Under the pieces are notes generated by a model, which was not told the DNA's origin, did not search any database, and saw only the letters and a program-made list of their open reading frames with translations. Both the position numbers and the translations under genes were made by a program. Positions 38,789-48,346 of a DNA stretch of 54,085 nt are shown in pieces; the stretch's first letter is position 1, and every line of letters begins with the position of its first letter. The DNA is from Candidatus Doudnabacteria bacterium (GTDB lineage: Bacteria; Patescibacteriota; Doudnabacteria; UBA920; VMFF01), in NCBI GenBank assembly GCA_028286905.1, contig JAQBQP010000002.1:122971-177055 (forward strand), written 5' to 3'.

Positions 38789-39139
38789 ATGGACGCCTCC
38801 AAGACTCCCAAAGATAACGCTAAGGATCAAGCTAAGCCAAAGATCAGAATTAAGATCAAAGCTTACGACCATAAGTTAATAGACCAATCTGCAAAGCAGA
38901 TCGTAGACACCGCTAAACGAAGCGGCGCCACTATTACCGGACCGATCCCTTTGCCTACTGAAAAGACTAAGTACACTGTACTTCGCTCTACTTTCGTGCA
39001 CAAAGATAGCCGTGAACAATTTGAGATGCGAGTCCATAAAAGATTAATTGATATTACAGATCCAACTCCAAAGACTATCGATTCACTTACAAATTTGAAT
39101 CTTCCAGCCGGCGTAGATGTTGAGATAAAAATGAATTAG
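38789..39139 (+). CDS. rpsJ: 30S ribosomal protein S10
   Basis: [26 protein letters not shown]. Confidence 0.97.
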   Translation: MDASKTPKDNAKDQAKPKIRIKIKAYDHKLIDQSAKQIVDTAKRSGATITGPIPLPTEKTKYTVLRSTFVHKDSREQFEMRVHKRLIDITDPTPKTIDSLTNLNLPAGVDVEIKMN

Positions 39140-39453
39140 TACGAGGTACTTAGTACCGAGTACAAGTGCTAAGTAAAAAACCAAGTAAGTTCTCCCAAGC
39201 AAGTTCGGGTTTAAGCCGATAACACTTGAATGAATAAATTTGGATAGAAGATTAAAACTTTTCTGCAGTCTAAACCACTGCACACACAACGCAAACACTG
39301 AAGAACCAAGAAGGTTCATTTCCACGTACTGAGTACTATGTACTACGTACCGCGAAAGTGATTCGTCTTGGTTTTTTTTAAACTCATAACAATTAACAGA
39401 ATTGGAAGTCAGCTATGTCTACTCAGTAGACCTATGGCTATACCAAAAAACTT
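39140..39453 (+). promoter_or_regulatory. Structured 314-nt rpsJ-rplC intergenic region (candidate attenuator or leader)
   Basis: Several stems; hairpin 39304-39373 followed by a T-run. Confidence 0.5.
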
Positions 39454-40110
39454 ATGAAGTTCACTATAGCGAAGAAGCTAAACATGTCCTCCCACTTCTT
39501 GGAAACCGGAACAGTTGTTCCAGTTACCATTTTGCAAGTTGGACCTGCGGTAGTCACTCAGGTGAAGACCAAAGAAAAAGATAAGTATGAAGCTGTCCAA
39601 GTTGGTTACGGCGCTAAAAAATCCGTAAGCAAAGCTTTGGCAGGTCATTACAAAGGCCTAGGCAAGTTTGCCATGGTTAAAGAATTTAAAATGAAAGATA
39701 TGTCCGGCGTTACTGTCGGTCAGAAGCTAGATCTTACTGATTTTCAAATCGGTGAAATGATTGATGTTACCGGTATCATGAAAGGCCGCGGTTTTGCCGG
39801 GGCAATCAAGAGACACGGTTTCCACGGTATGCCAGCATCCCACGGACACGACAAGCCTCGCGCGGTGGGTTCGATTGGACAAAGATTCCCTCAGCACGTT
39901 CGTAAAGGTTTAAGAATGGCAGGACGAATGGGTGGGGTTGGCGTAACTGTAAAGAATTTACAAATTGTTGATATTGATCTAACCAGAAATTTAATTTCCG
40001 TTAAAGGTGCAGTTCCAGGACACCGCAATGGTCTTGTACAGGTAGTTTCTACCGGTAAAGTTAAAGACTTGGAATTGAAGAGAATAGATAAGAAGGAGAA
40101 GAAGAAATAA
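39454..40110 (+). CDS. rplC: 50S ribosomal protein L3
   Basis: VPVT, Y.AVQVG, KGRGFAG.IKRHGF, MAGRMG, KGAVPG. Confidence 0.96.
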   Translation: MKFTIAKKLNMSSHFLETGTVVPVTILQVGPAVVTQVKTKEKDKYEAVQVGYGAKKSVSKALAGHYKGLGKFAMVKEFKMKDMSGVTVGQKLDLTDFQIGEMIDVTGIMKGRGFAGAIKRHGFHGMPASHGHDKPRAVGSIGQRFPQHVRKGLRMAGRMGGVGVTVKNLQIVDIDLTRNLISVKGAVPGHRNGLVQVVSTGKVKDLELKRIDKKEKKK

Positions 40111-40751
40111 TGAAAGCTCCACTATACAATCAAAACCTTGAATCTGCTGGTGAAGTTGATTTGAACCCGAAGATTTATGATGTTAAACCGGAAGCAGAAC
40201 TTATTCAGCATGCCGTTCGCATCCAAATGAATAACAACCGCCAATCAATCGCGAACACCTTAACAAAAGGTGAAGTACGCGGAGGTGGTCGTAAGCCTTG
40301 GAAGCAAAAAGGTACTGGTAATGCTCGTGCCGGTTCAACAAGATCTCCGATTTGGAGACACGGTGGTATTGTTTTCGGTCCTCGTGCTCAACGCAATTAC
40401 GAATTGAAGATGAACAAGAAGGAATGGAGAAAAGCTTTGTACATGGTTCTTACAGACAAAGTATCTAGCAAAAACTTCGTGATCTTCTCAGAATTAGCAG
40501 TTGCTGCGCCTAAGACTAAAGAGATGGTCAACTTCTTTAAGAACTTATCCGATAAGGTTGCAAAGTCTTCAAAGAAATTTTTGTTTGTGTTGCCAAAGAA
40601 AGATGAGAATATCTTCAAGGCAACAAGAAACTTGAAGAACATCAATGTGATTCATGCGAACAGCTTGAACATCATCGACATTCTACAAGCTGACACTATT
40701 GTTACTCCAAGAACATCATTAGATATTATTGAAAAAACTTACTTAAAGTAA
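40110..40751 (+). CDS. rplD: 50S ribosomal protein L4
   Basis: GGGRKPWKQKGTGNARAGS.RSP. Confidence 0.96.
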   Translation: MKAPLYNQNLESAGEVDLNPKIYDVKPEAELIQHAVRIQMNNNRQSIANTLTKGEVRGGGRKPWKQKGTGNARAGSTRSPIWRHGGIVFGPRAQRNYELKMNKKEWRKALYMVLTDKVSSKNFVIFSELAVAAPKTKEMVNFFKNLSDKVAKSSKKFLFVLPKKDENIFKATRNLKNINVIHANSLNIIDILQADTIVTPRTSLDIIEKTYLK

Positions 40752-40755
40752 ACGT

Positions 40756-41106
40756 ATGGCAACTAAAGATATACAAGATAATAAAGAAGAGAAAGCAAAG
40801 ACAGTTCCTTCAAAGGAAAACACTGGCGACGCTTATCGTATTTTGGTAAAGCCTTTGGTTACTGAAAAAGGTTACCGCCAAATGACTTTGGGCCAATACG
40901 CTTTCAAAGTAAACACTTCCGCAAACAAGATTTCAGTTGCTAAAGCAGTTGAAAAAGTTTACGACGTTAAAGTTGTCCGAGTTAATATCATGAATATTAA
41001 AGGCAAGACCAAGAATTTCGGCAAAGCTAAAGGCAGAACTTCTGATTGGCGCAAAGCAATCGTTACTTTGAAAAAAGGCCAAACGATCGCAGGAGCACAA
41101 GCTTAA
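40756..41106 (+). CDS. rplW: 50S ribosomal protein L23
   Basis: [16 protein letters not shown]. Confidence 0.94.
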   Translation: MATKDIQDNKEEKAKTVPSKENTGDAYRILVKPLVTEKGYRQMTLGQYAFKVNTSANKISVAKAVEKVYDVKVVRVNIMNIKGKTKNFGKAKGRTSDWRKAIVTLKKGQTIAGAQA

Positions 41107-41110
41107 ATAT

Positions 41111-41947
41111 ATGGCAATTAAAGTATACAAACCAACCTCAAACGGTCGTCGTATCTCTTCAGTTACTGACTACTCAATATTAGACAAGAATGTAAAAACT
41201 CCGAAGTCTTTGATCATGTCCAAGGGAAAAAGCGGCGGTCGTAACTTCTCCGGTAAAATCACAGTTAGACATCGCGGCGGCGGCTACAAGAAACTTGTTA
41301 AGATCGTTGATTACTCTCGTGCCGATAAAATGGGTATTCCTGCAAAAGTTTTGACAGTTGAATACGCTTCTGGAAGATCTGCTTTCCTTTCAATGGTTTC
41401 ATACAAAGACGGCGAAAAGAGATTTATCATTGCACCACATGGTTTAAAAGTTGGTCAGACAATCATCATGGATGAAAAGACTGAACCACAGCCAGGTAAC
41501 AGAATGATGATCAAGCATATCCCAGTTGGAACATTTATTCACGATATCGAATTAGAAGCCGGCAAAAAAGGCACAGTAGCACGCAGCGCTGGCAGCTATG
41601 CAATTTTACAAACGATTGAAGGCGGTTACGCACTATTGAAAATGCCAAGCGGTGAAATCCGTAAAGTTTCTGAAAAGAGCTTTGCAACAATCGGCCAAGT
41701 TTCAAACGTCGATTGGGAAAACGTTCGTATCGGTAAAGCCGGACGATCCCGCAAGATGGGTTGGAGACCAACTACTCGTGGTAAAGCAATGAACCCGGTA
41801 GACCACCCACACGGTGGAGGAGAAGGTCATAACCCAATCGGTATGAAATATCCTAAGACCCCATGGGGCAAGCATGCCTTGGGTGTAAAAACTAGAGACA
41901 AGAAGAAATCTACAAGCAAGTTTATCGTTAAGAGAAGAGTTAAATAA
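41111..41947 (+). CDS. rplB: 50S ribosomal protein L2
   Basis: [27 protein letters not shown]. Confidence 0.97.
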   Translation: MAIKVYKPTSNGRRISSVTDYSILDKNVKTPKSLIMSKGKSGGRNFSGKITVRHRGGGYKKLVKIVDYSRADKMGIPAKVLTVEYASGRSAFLSMVSYKDGEKRFIIAPHGLKVGQTIIMDEKTEPQPGNRMMIKHIPVGTFIHDIELEAGKKGTVARSAGSYAILQTIEGGYALLKMPSGEIRKVSEKSFATIGQVSNVDWENVRIGKAGRSRKMGWRPTTRGKAMNPVDHPHGGGEGHNPIGMKYPKTPWGKHALGVKTRDKKKSTSKFIVKRRVK

Positions 41948-41953
41948 ACCACT

Positions 41954-42283
41954 ATGGCACGATCACTAAAAAAAGGCCCATACATTGATGAAAGAATCTT
42001 GAAGCGCTTAGTTGGCGCAAAGCAAGGTTCGAAGTTCAAGACTTGGTCCAGAGAATCTACAATTTTCCCGGAAATGGTTGGCTTCACCTTTGAAGTTCAT
42101 AACGGTAAAACTCATATCCCGGTTTTCATTACTGAAAACATGGTTGGCCACAAGCTTGGTGAATTTTCTCCAACTCGTAAATTCTACCGACATGGTGGTA
42201 AGATGGCTAAAGACCAAGAAGCAGCAGCAGCCGCAGCTGAAAAAGCTCGATTGAACGCCGCTAAGGAACCAGCTAAGAAATAG
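41954..42283 (+). CDS. rpsS: 30S ribosomal protein S19
   Basis: [23 protein letters not shown]. Confidence 0.97.
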   Translation: MARSLKKGPYIDERILKRLVGAKQGSKFKTWSRESTIFPEMVGFTFEVHNGKTHIPVFITENMVGHKLGEFSPTRKFYRHGGKMAKDQEAAAAAAEKARLNAAKEPAKK

Positions 42284-42300
42284 CATATTGCTAAAACTAT

Positions 42301-42900
42301 ATGGAAAAAACTATTACTAAAAAATCGAATAAGAAAGTCGCTTCAGAAGCACCCCGAATAAAAACGGTTACCGCTTCTGCCCGCTACCTTCGCTTGAGCC
42401 CCCGCAAAGTTCGCTTGGTTACAAACCTAGTGAAGAATATGTGGGCGATCGACGCAGTAGTCCAGCTGGAATTCGTAAACAAGAAACCAGCAATCTACGT
42501 CAGCGATGTGATCAAGTCGGCAATTGCTAACGGCGCAAATAACTTCAACCTTAGAAAAGAAAGCTTGTTTATTAAAACGATAACTTGCGATTCTGGTCCA
42601 AAGTTGAAACGTTACATGCCTCGCGCGCAAGGTAAAGCTTCAGAAATTCGCAGACCACTTTCACATATCAATGTTGTACTTGAAGAAAGATCCGGAGCTA
42701 CCAAGACTAAATTCAACTTTACTGCTAATAAACGAGCAAGAGGCCCAGTAGATCAAGAAAAGACTACCAAGCAAGAAGTTGCAGAAGAAAAGGGCAGCAA
42801 AGCATCAATCAAGAGTCAGATCGATAAGAATTCTCAGGAAGCTAAACGAAGCACCCCTACACAAAAGCGAAGATTATTTAACAGAAAAAGCGGAGTATAA
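42301..42900 (+). CDS. rplV: 50S ribosomal protein L22 with N- and C-terminal extensions
   Basis: SPRKVRLV, SAIAN, GPKLKR.MPRAQG. Confidence 0.94.
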   Translation: MEKTITKKSNKKVASEAPRIKTVTASARYLRLSPRKVRLVTNLVKNMWAIDAVVQLEFVNKKPAIYVSDVIKSAIANGANNFNLRKESLFIKTITCDSGPKLKRYMPRAQGKASEIRRPLSHINVVLEERSGATKTKFNFTANKRARGPVDQEKTTKQEVAEEKGSKASIKSQIDKNSQEAKRSTPTQKRRLFNRKSGV

Positions 42901-42903
42901 ACT

Positions 42904-43590
42904 ATGGGTCATAAAATTTCTCCAACAAGCTTACGCTTGAACATAACAGAAACTTGGAAATCCCGTTGGTTCTCTAAGAACAATTTTGCCCGTACATTAC
43001 AGGAAGACGTTCAGATCCGCGAATATCTGATGAATAACTTGAAGAAAGCTGGAATTGTAAGAATTGATATCGAAAGATTGAACGACGGCGGAGTTACTGT
43101 AATTATCAAATCGACAAAGCCGGGAATGATTATTGGTAAAGGCGGTAATGGCATTGAAGATCTTAAGAAGAAGATCAAGCAAAAAGTTGCTTTGAAGAAA
43201 GATTTGAAAATCAATATCGAAGAAGTTCGCGATATTAACCTTCAAGCCTTGGTAATCGCACAGAACATTGCTGAATCTTTGGAAAAGCGTGTTTCTTACA
43301 GAAGATTGATCAAACAATCAATCGAACAAATTATGAATGCAGGCGCAAAGGGTGTAAAGATTGCTATCGGCGGACGTTTGGGCGGGGCAGAAATTGCCCG
43401 CACAGAATGGTTGTCCAACGGCAAACTTCCTTTGCACACTCTTCGTGCTAACATCGATTTTGCAAAAGCTACAGCTTTCACTACATACGGCACCTTAGGT
43501 GTAAAAGTATGGATTAACAAAGGTGAAGTATTCGAAAAAGAAGCTGCTGCCGGCGCACCAAGACCATTCACTCCTAGACCGCGCCAGTAA
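42904..43590 (+). CDS. rpsC: 30S ribosomal protein S3
   Basis: PGMIIGKGG, GRLGGAEIAR, PLHTLRA. Confidence 0.97.
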   Translation: MGHKISPTSLRLNITETWKSRWFSKNNFARTLQEDVQIREYLMNNLKKAGIVRIDIERLNDGGVTVIIKSTKPGMIIGKGGNGIEDLKKKIKQKVALKKDLKINIEEVRDINLQALVIAQNIAESLEKRVSYRRLIKQSIEQIMNAGAKGVKIAIGGRLGGAEIARTEWLSNGKLPLHTLRANIDFAKATAFTTYGTLGVKVWINKGEVFEKEAAAGAPRPFTPRPRQ

Positions 43591-43614
43591 TCCTAGACAA
43601 TAACTACTAACTAT

Positions 43615-44025
43615 ATGATGATTCCAAAAAAACTTAAACACCGTAAACATCACCGTGGCCGTACCAAAGGCAAGTCGATGTCCGGCAACGAAATTGCTTT
43701 CGGCAGCTATGCCCTTAAAGCGTATGAAAACGCTTGGGTATCAGCTCGTCAGATCGAATCCGCTCGCCGTGCGATGACAAGATACATCCAACGTGGTGGT
43801 AAGGTCTGGATTAGAATTTTCTCCGACAAGCCAGTAACAGTACACGGTAACGAATCCCCGATGGGAGGAGGAAAAGGTGCGGTTGACCACTTCGTCGCAG
43901 TAGTTAAAAAAGGCAGAATTCTATTTGAGATGGATGGTGTTACAGAAGAACAGGCAAAAGAAGCGATGCGTTTGGCATCATACAAATTGCCAATCAAGAC
44001 TAAATTTCTTACTAAGAACGATTAA
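43615..44025 (+). CDS. rplP: 50S ribosomal protein L16
   Basis: [22 protein letters not shown]. Confidence 0.96.
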   Translation: MMIPKKLKHRKHHRGRTKGKSMSGNEIAFGSYALKAYENAWVSARQIESARRAMTRYIQRGGKVWIRIFSDKPVTVHGNESPMGGGKGAVDHFVAVVKKGRILFEMDGVTEEQAKEAMRLASYKLPIKTKFLTKND

Positions 44026-44039
44026 TTTCTGAGAAACAT

Positions 44040-44237
44040 ATGAAGATTAAAGAACTAAGATTAAAAAAAGACGCTGAACTGCACAAAGATCTTGCCGCGT
44101 TGCAGGAAAAGAGCAGAGAATTGCGTTTCAAGATGTTCTCTCAGGAAGTGAAGAACGTTAAAGAAGTTTCTGGAATCAGAAAAACTATTGCCAGAATTAA
44201 AACTTTATTAGGTGAGCGTAAAGATCAATCAAACTAA
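44040..44237 (+). CDS. rpmC: 50S ribosomal protein L29
   Basis: MK.KELR, LRF, RK.IARIKT. Confidence 0.92.
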   Translation: MKIKELRLKKDAELHKDLAALQEKSRELRFKMFSQEVKNVKEVSGIRKTIARIKTLLGERKDQSN

Positions 44238-44247
44238 CTAGACATTT

Positions 44248-44487
44248 ATGGAAAAAGTAAAAAGAGTAAAAACTGGAGTAGTGGTGTCTGACAAAATGGA
44301 TAAAACCGTTGTTGTTCAGATTGATCAAATGAAGCGCCACCCGAAGTACAAGAAGAGCTATAAGGTTTCTAAGAAATTTAAAGCTCATGACGAGAACAAT
44401 GAATTCCATATTGGCGACAAGGTTGAGATTGAAGAAACCCGCCCAATATCTAAAGATAAGCATTTTAAAGTCCTAAAGAAGATATAA
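44248..44487 (+). CDS. rpsQ: 30S ribosomal protein S17
   Basis: [22 protein letters not shown]. Confidence 0.96.
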   Translation: MEKVKRVKTGVVVSDKMDKTVVVQIDQMKRHPKYKKSYKVSKKFKAHDENNEFHIGDKVEIEETRPISKDKHFKVLKKI

Positions 44488-44491
44488 CTTT

Positions 44492-44863
44492 ATGTTACAA
44501 GTAAGATCATGGATAAAAATAGCGGATAACACCGGTGCAAAGACAGTTGCGATGTTTTCATCGAACGGCAAAAATCATAAGCGCTTTGCTCGTATTGGCG
44601 ATGTTGTTGTTTGCTCAGTTAGAGAATCAGCGCCTAAAGGCCAGGTAAAAAAAGGCGATAAGGTTTATGTAGTTATTGTTCGAACCCGTAAAGAAGTCCG
44701 CAGAAAAGACGGTTCATACATTCGCTTTGACGATAACGCTGGTGTGCTTGTATCTAAAGATTCAGTTGAGCCAAAAGGTACTCGTATCTTCGGCCCAATT
44801 CCAAGAGAGCTTCGTGAAAAAGGATTTTCAAAGATCATTAGCTTAGCTCCGGAGGTAATATAA
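44492..44863 (+). CDS. rplN: 50S ribosomal protein L14
   Basis: [26 protein letters not shown]. Confidence 0.96.
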   Translation: MLQVRSWIKIADNTGAKTVAMFSSNGKNHKRFARIGDVVVCSVRESAPKGQVKKGDKVYVVIVRTRKEVRRKDGSYIRFDDNAGVLVSKDSVEPKGTRIFGPIPRELREKGFSKIISLAPEVI

Positions 44864-45186
44864 TGAGACTATCTACAACTACCAATTTAAAAAAAGGCGA
44901 TAATGTTGCGGTTCGTGCCGGTAAAGACAAGGGTAAGAACGGCAAAATTATCTCTGTAGACCGAAAGAGCGGCAGAATAATTGTGGAAGGAATCAACATC
45001 CTGCACAAATTTGAAAAGAAGAAGCCGAATACTCCAGGGCAAAAGATTTCATTCCCAGCAGCAATGACCGCAAGTAAAGTTATTCTGATCTGTCCAAGCT
45101 GCGGTAAGCCATCTAGAATCTCGCATCAAGTATTAGAAAACGGTAAGAAGCAAAGAATTTGTAAAAAGTGCGGTAAAGCAATTTAA
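44863..45186 (+). CDS. rplX: 50S ribosomal protein L24
   Basis: KKGD.V...GKDKGK.G, VEGIN, CxxC..CxxC. Confidence 0.94.
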   Translation: MRLSTTTNLKKGDNVAVRAGKDKGKNGKIISVDRKSGRIIVEGINILHKFEKKKPNTPGQKISFPAAMTASKVILICPSCGKPSRISHQVLENGKKQRICKKCGKAI

Positions 45187-45199
45187 ACCTTCAAAGAAT

Positions 45200-45742
45200 A
45201 TGAACAGACTTAAGGAAAAATATAATAAAGAAATCCGCAAGGATTTAAAAGACAAGCTTCAGTTGAAGAACATTTTAGCCGTTCCTCAAATTAAGAAGGT
45301 TGTAATTAATGCTGGGGTCGGAAAAACTTTGAAGGATCTAAAATTTCTTGAATCGATTATCGAAGACATTCGCAAAATTACAGGACAACAGCCAGTTAAA
45401 ACAATGTCCCGTAAATCGATCGCAGGTTTCAAAATTAGAGAAAATCAGGTTGTTGGCTTGATGGTTACCTTGCGCGGCGAAAGAATGTACGACTTTATCG
45501 ACAAGACTATCACTATTGCATTGCCTCGCGTTCGAGATTTCCGCGGTCTAAGCTTAAACGCTTTTGATGGCAGAGGTAATTACCACATCGGCTTAAGAGA
45601 ACAGACAGTTTTTCCTGAAATTTCAGAAGAAGGTTTAGAACATTCATTCGGTTTCCAAATTTCTATCGTTACAAACGCTGGAACTGACGAAAAAGGTCGA
45701 GAACTTTTGAAGAGCTTGGGCTTCCCATTTAACCAAGACTAA
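45200..45742 (+). CDS. rplE: 50S ribosomal protein L5
   Basis: ITGQQP, SIAGFKIRE, LPRVRDFRG, FDGRGN. Confidence 0.97.
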   Translation: MNRLKEKYNKEIRKDLKDKLQLKNILAVPQIKKVVINAGVGKTLKDLKFLESIIEDIRKITGQQPVKTMSRKSIAGFKIRENQVVGLMVTLRGERMYDFIDKTITIALPRVRDFRGLSLNAFDGRGNYHIGLREQTVFPEISEEGLEHSFGFQISIVTNAGTDEKGRELLKSLGFPFNQD

Positions 45743-45751
45743 GGAACATAT

Positions 45752-45946
45752 ATGGCAAAGAAATCTTTAATTGCAAAAGCAACTAGATCGAGAACTAACC
45801 CGAAGTATAAGAGCCGCGTCGTACGCCGATGCTGGAAGTGCGGCAGAAACCGTGGTTACATGCGAGACTTCGATATGTGCAGAATTTGTTTCCGAGAGCT
45901 TGCGTCCAAAGGTGAAATCCCAGGTATTACTAAGTCTTCCTGGTAA
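45752..45946 (+). CDS. rpsZ: 30S ribosomal protein S14, type Z (Zn-binding)
   Basis: RC..CGR..CRICFRE..G.IPG..KSSW. Confidence 0.95.
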   Translation: MAKKSLIAKATRSRTNPKYKSRVVRRCWKCGRNRGYMRDFDMCRICFRELASKGEIPGITKSSW

Positions 45947-45976
45947 AGTGCAGAATCTAATAAGATAACTAATATT

Positions 45977-46366
45977 ATGTTTACAGATCCAATTTCAGAC
46001 ATGTTAACTAGAATAAGAAATGCAGTTGCTACTCGCAAGAGTACTGTTGCGATGCCTTACTCCAAGTTGAAACACAATTTAGCAAACATCCTTTTAAAAG
46101 AGGGATTTGTTTCTGCAGTATCAGAACGCCAGAACGCTATCAAAGAGTTAGAAATTACTTTGAAGTATGATGGCACTGAGCCAGTAGTTACAGACTTGCA
46201 AAGAGTCAGCAAACCAGGTCAGCGAATCTACGCGCCGATGGATAAAATTCCAAGAGCAAATGGCGGCTTGGGTATCACAATCTTGTCTACATCAAAGGGG
46301 CTGATGACCGATCGAGATGCTCGCAAACAGAAATTCGGCGGAGAAGTTATCTGCCAAGTGTGGTAA
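45977..46366 (+). CDS. rpsH: 30S ribosomal protein S8
   Basis: DPISDMLTRIRN, SKPG.R.Y, STSKG, GGE. Confidence 0.97.
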   Translation: MFTDPISDMLTRIRNAVATRKSTVAMPYSKLKHNLANILLKEGFVSAVSERQNAIKELEITLKYDGTEPVVTDLQRVSKPGQRIYAPMDKIPRANGGLGITILSTSKGLMTDRDARKQKFGGEVICQVW

Positions 46367-46392
46367 GTAGAAGATTAACCTAAATTAAACGT

Positions 46393-46944
46393 ATGTCACG
46401 TATCGGTAAAAAACCTATAACAATTCCAAACGGAGTAAAGCCGGAAGTCATCGACAAAGGCTTGAACGTCACCGGACCTAAAGGAACAGTATTCGTACTG
46501 GTTCACCCAAAGGTTCAGTTGAATATCTCTGCGTCCGAAATTGTAGTCGATGTTAAAAACCATGAGAACAAATTAGAACGTTCTCTTTGGGGCCTAACCA
46601 GATCATTAGTGCAAAACGCTGTAACCGGCGTAACTCAAGGTTTTGAAAAAAAACTTGAAATCAATGGTGTAGGTTACAGAGGAGCAATTGCAGGAACGAC
46701 CATCACCATGGCATTGGGATTCTCCCATCCTGTTATCGTCGAAGTGCCTAAAGGTCTTACAGCAACAATCGAAAAAAACCTCATCACAATCACAGGTGTC
46801 GACAAGCAAGCAGTCGGCGAATTTGCAGCAAAGATTCGAGCGCTTAAGAAGCCAGAGCCTTATAAAGGTAAAGGCATTAAGTACAGCGACGAAGTTGTTC
46901 GTAGAAAAGCTGGTAAGGTTGTTAAAGCGGTTGGTGGTAAATAA
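46393..46944 (+). CDS. rplF: 50S ribosomal protein L6
   Basis: MSRIGK.P, GVGYR, LGFSHP, PEPYKGKGI. Confidence 0.97.
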   Translation: MSRIGKKPITIPNGVKPEVIDKGLNVTGPKGTVFVLVHPKVQLNISASEIVVDVKNHENKLERSLWGLTRSLVQNAVTGVTQGFEKKLEINGVGYRGAIAGTTITMALGFSHPVIVEVPKGLTATIEKNLITITGVDKQAVGEFAAKIRALKKPEPYKGKGIKYSDEVVRRKAGKVVKAVGGK

Positions 46945-46961
46945 TCTTTTAGATAAATTAT

Positions 46962-47318
46962 ATGATCAACAGACAAATTTTAAAGAGAACTAAAAGAATA
47001 AGAAGACATACAAGAGTGCGCTCGATCGTATCTGGTTCAGATACCCGTCCACGTTTGGCTGTTTTTCGTGCCAACCAACATATTTATGCCCAGTTAATCG
47101 ATGATGTGACTCAGAAAACTATTGCTTCAGTATCCAGCATGGAATTAAAGAGCAAGGGTAACAAGAGTGCTATTGCTGCTGAAGTTGGCAGTGCGATTGC
47201 AAAGAAAGCTTTGGATAACAAAATTTCTGAAGTAGTATTTGATCGCGGTGGAAACAAGTATCATGGAAGAATTAAAGCTCTAGCCGATGCTGCTCGAAGC
47301 GGAGGGTTAAAGTTCTAG
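46962..47318 (+). CDS. rplR: 50S ribosomal protein L18
   Basis: RPRL.VFR, HIYAQ, FDRGG..YHGR. Confidence 0.96.
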   Translation: MINRQILKRTKRIRRHTRVRSIVSGSDTRPRLAVFRANQHIYAQLIDDVTQKTIASVSSMELKSKGNKSAIAAEVGSAIAKKALDNKISEVVFDRGGNKYHGRIKALADAARSGGLKF

Positions 47319-47347
47319 ATTCTTATCTAAGTACTAACTACAAACAT

Positions 47348-47872
47348 ATGATGAAGAAAGATAATAAAAGAGAACGCGGTGGCAAGGAAATGGTAAAGCG
47401 TGAGTTCGACCAAAAAGTGGTTGAAATCAAGCGTGTTACCCGTGTAGTAGCCGGTGGTAAACGCATGCGTTTCCGCGCTTTGGTTGTGATCGGTGATCGC
47501 AAGGGTAAAGTCGGAATGGGTTTGCGTAAAGGTGTCGACGTTGCAGAAGCTGTGAACAAAGCAGTGAATGCCGCAAAGAAGAATATGATTATCGTTCCTC
47601 TTATAAACGACACAATCCCACATCAGGTTAAGTTGAAGTACGCTTCTAGCCGAATTCTTTTGATCCCAGCTCGTCCAGGTACAGGTATTATTGCCGGCGG
47701 TGCATTGCGCAGCGTTTTGGATTTAGCAGGCGTAAAGAATATCTTGTCTAAAATGCTTGGTTCATCTAACAAGGTTAACAACGTTAAAGCTGTGTTTGAA
47801 GCCTTTAAAAAAATGAAGACTCCAGAACAGATGAAGCGAAGAGCAAAAGCAGCAGCGGCAGCAGCTAAATAA
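47348..47872 (+). CDS. rpsE: 30S ribosomal protein S5
   Basis: RVTRVVAGG, ALVVIGD, GTGIIAGG. Confidence 0.96.
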   Translation: MMKKDNKRERGGKEMVKREFDQKVVEIKRVTRVVAGGKRMRFRALVVIGDRKGKVGMGLRKGVDVAEAVNKAVNAAKKNMIIVPLINDTIPHQVKLKYASSRILLIPARPGTGIIAGGALRSVLDLAGVKNILSKMLGSSNKVNNVKAVFEAFKKMKTPEQMKRRAKAAAAAAK

Positions 47873-47881
47873 TTTAAATAT

Positions 47882-48322
47882 ATGATCAAGCTACACGAAT
47901 TAAAAGTTTATAAGGGTTCCAGAAAAACCAGAAAAGTTGTTGGTCGTGGATTAGGTTCCGGACACGGCACATATTCTGGCCGCGGTGCTAAAGGTCAAAA
48001 CGCTCGTAAGAGCGGTGGTGTTCGTCCTGGTTTTGAAGGCGGACGTCAGCCAATGATCCGTCAGGCTCCAAAGTTGCGCGGTTTCAAGAGTCCTCATAAG
48101 AAATCAATTACAGTTTTGACATCTTCTTTGAACAAGTTCGCTAATGACGAAAAAGTTACTAACGAATCTTTGTTTGAAAAAGGAATTATCAAGGTTCTGG
48201 CTCCAGTAAAAATCGTCCTGAAAGGCGAATTGAAAAAGAAACTTGAAGTGATGGTAGCGGTGTCTGCCGGTGCTAAGGCAGCGATTGAAAAAGCTGGCGG
48301 AAAAATTACCAAGAGAAGTTAG
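47882..48322 (+). CDS. rplO: 50S ribosomal protein L15
   Basis: GRG.GSG.G..SGRG.KGQ, GFEGG..P, IEKAGG. Confidence 0.96.
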   Translation: MIKLHELKVYKGSRKTRKVVGRGLGSGHGTYSGRGAKGQNARKSGGVRPGFEGGRQPMIRQAPKLRGFKSPHKKSITVLTSSLNKFANDEKVTNESLFEKGIIKVLAPVKIVLKGELKKKLEVMVAVSAGAKAAIEKAGGKITKRS

Positions 48323-48331
48323 TATAATCTG

Positions 48332-48340
48332 TGCTAAAAT
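48332..48340 (+). promoter_or_regulatory. Extended -10, probable internal leaderless promoter of secY
   Basis: TGCTAAAAT ends 6 nt before ATG 48347. Confidence 0.5.
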
Positions 48341-48346
48341 ACAAAT

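Noticed and set aside
39138-39350. GTAC-rich units as a CRISPR array
   Set aside because: Units are about 7 nt, degenerate and lack spacers.
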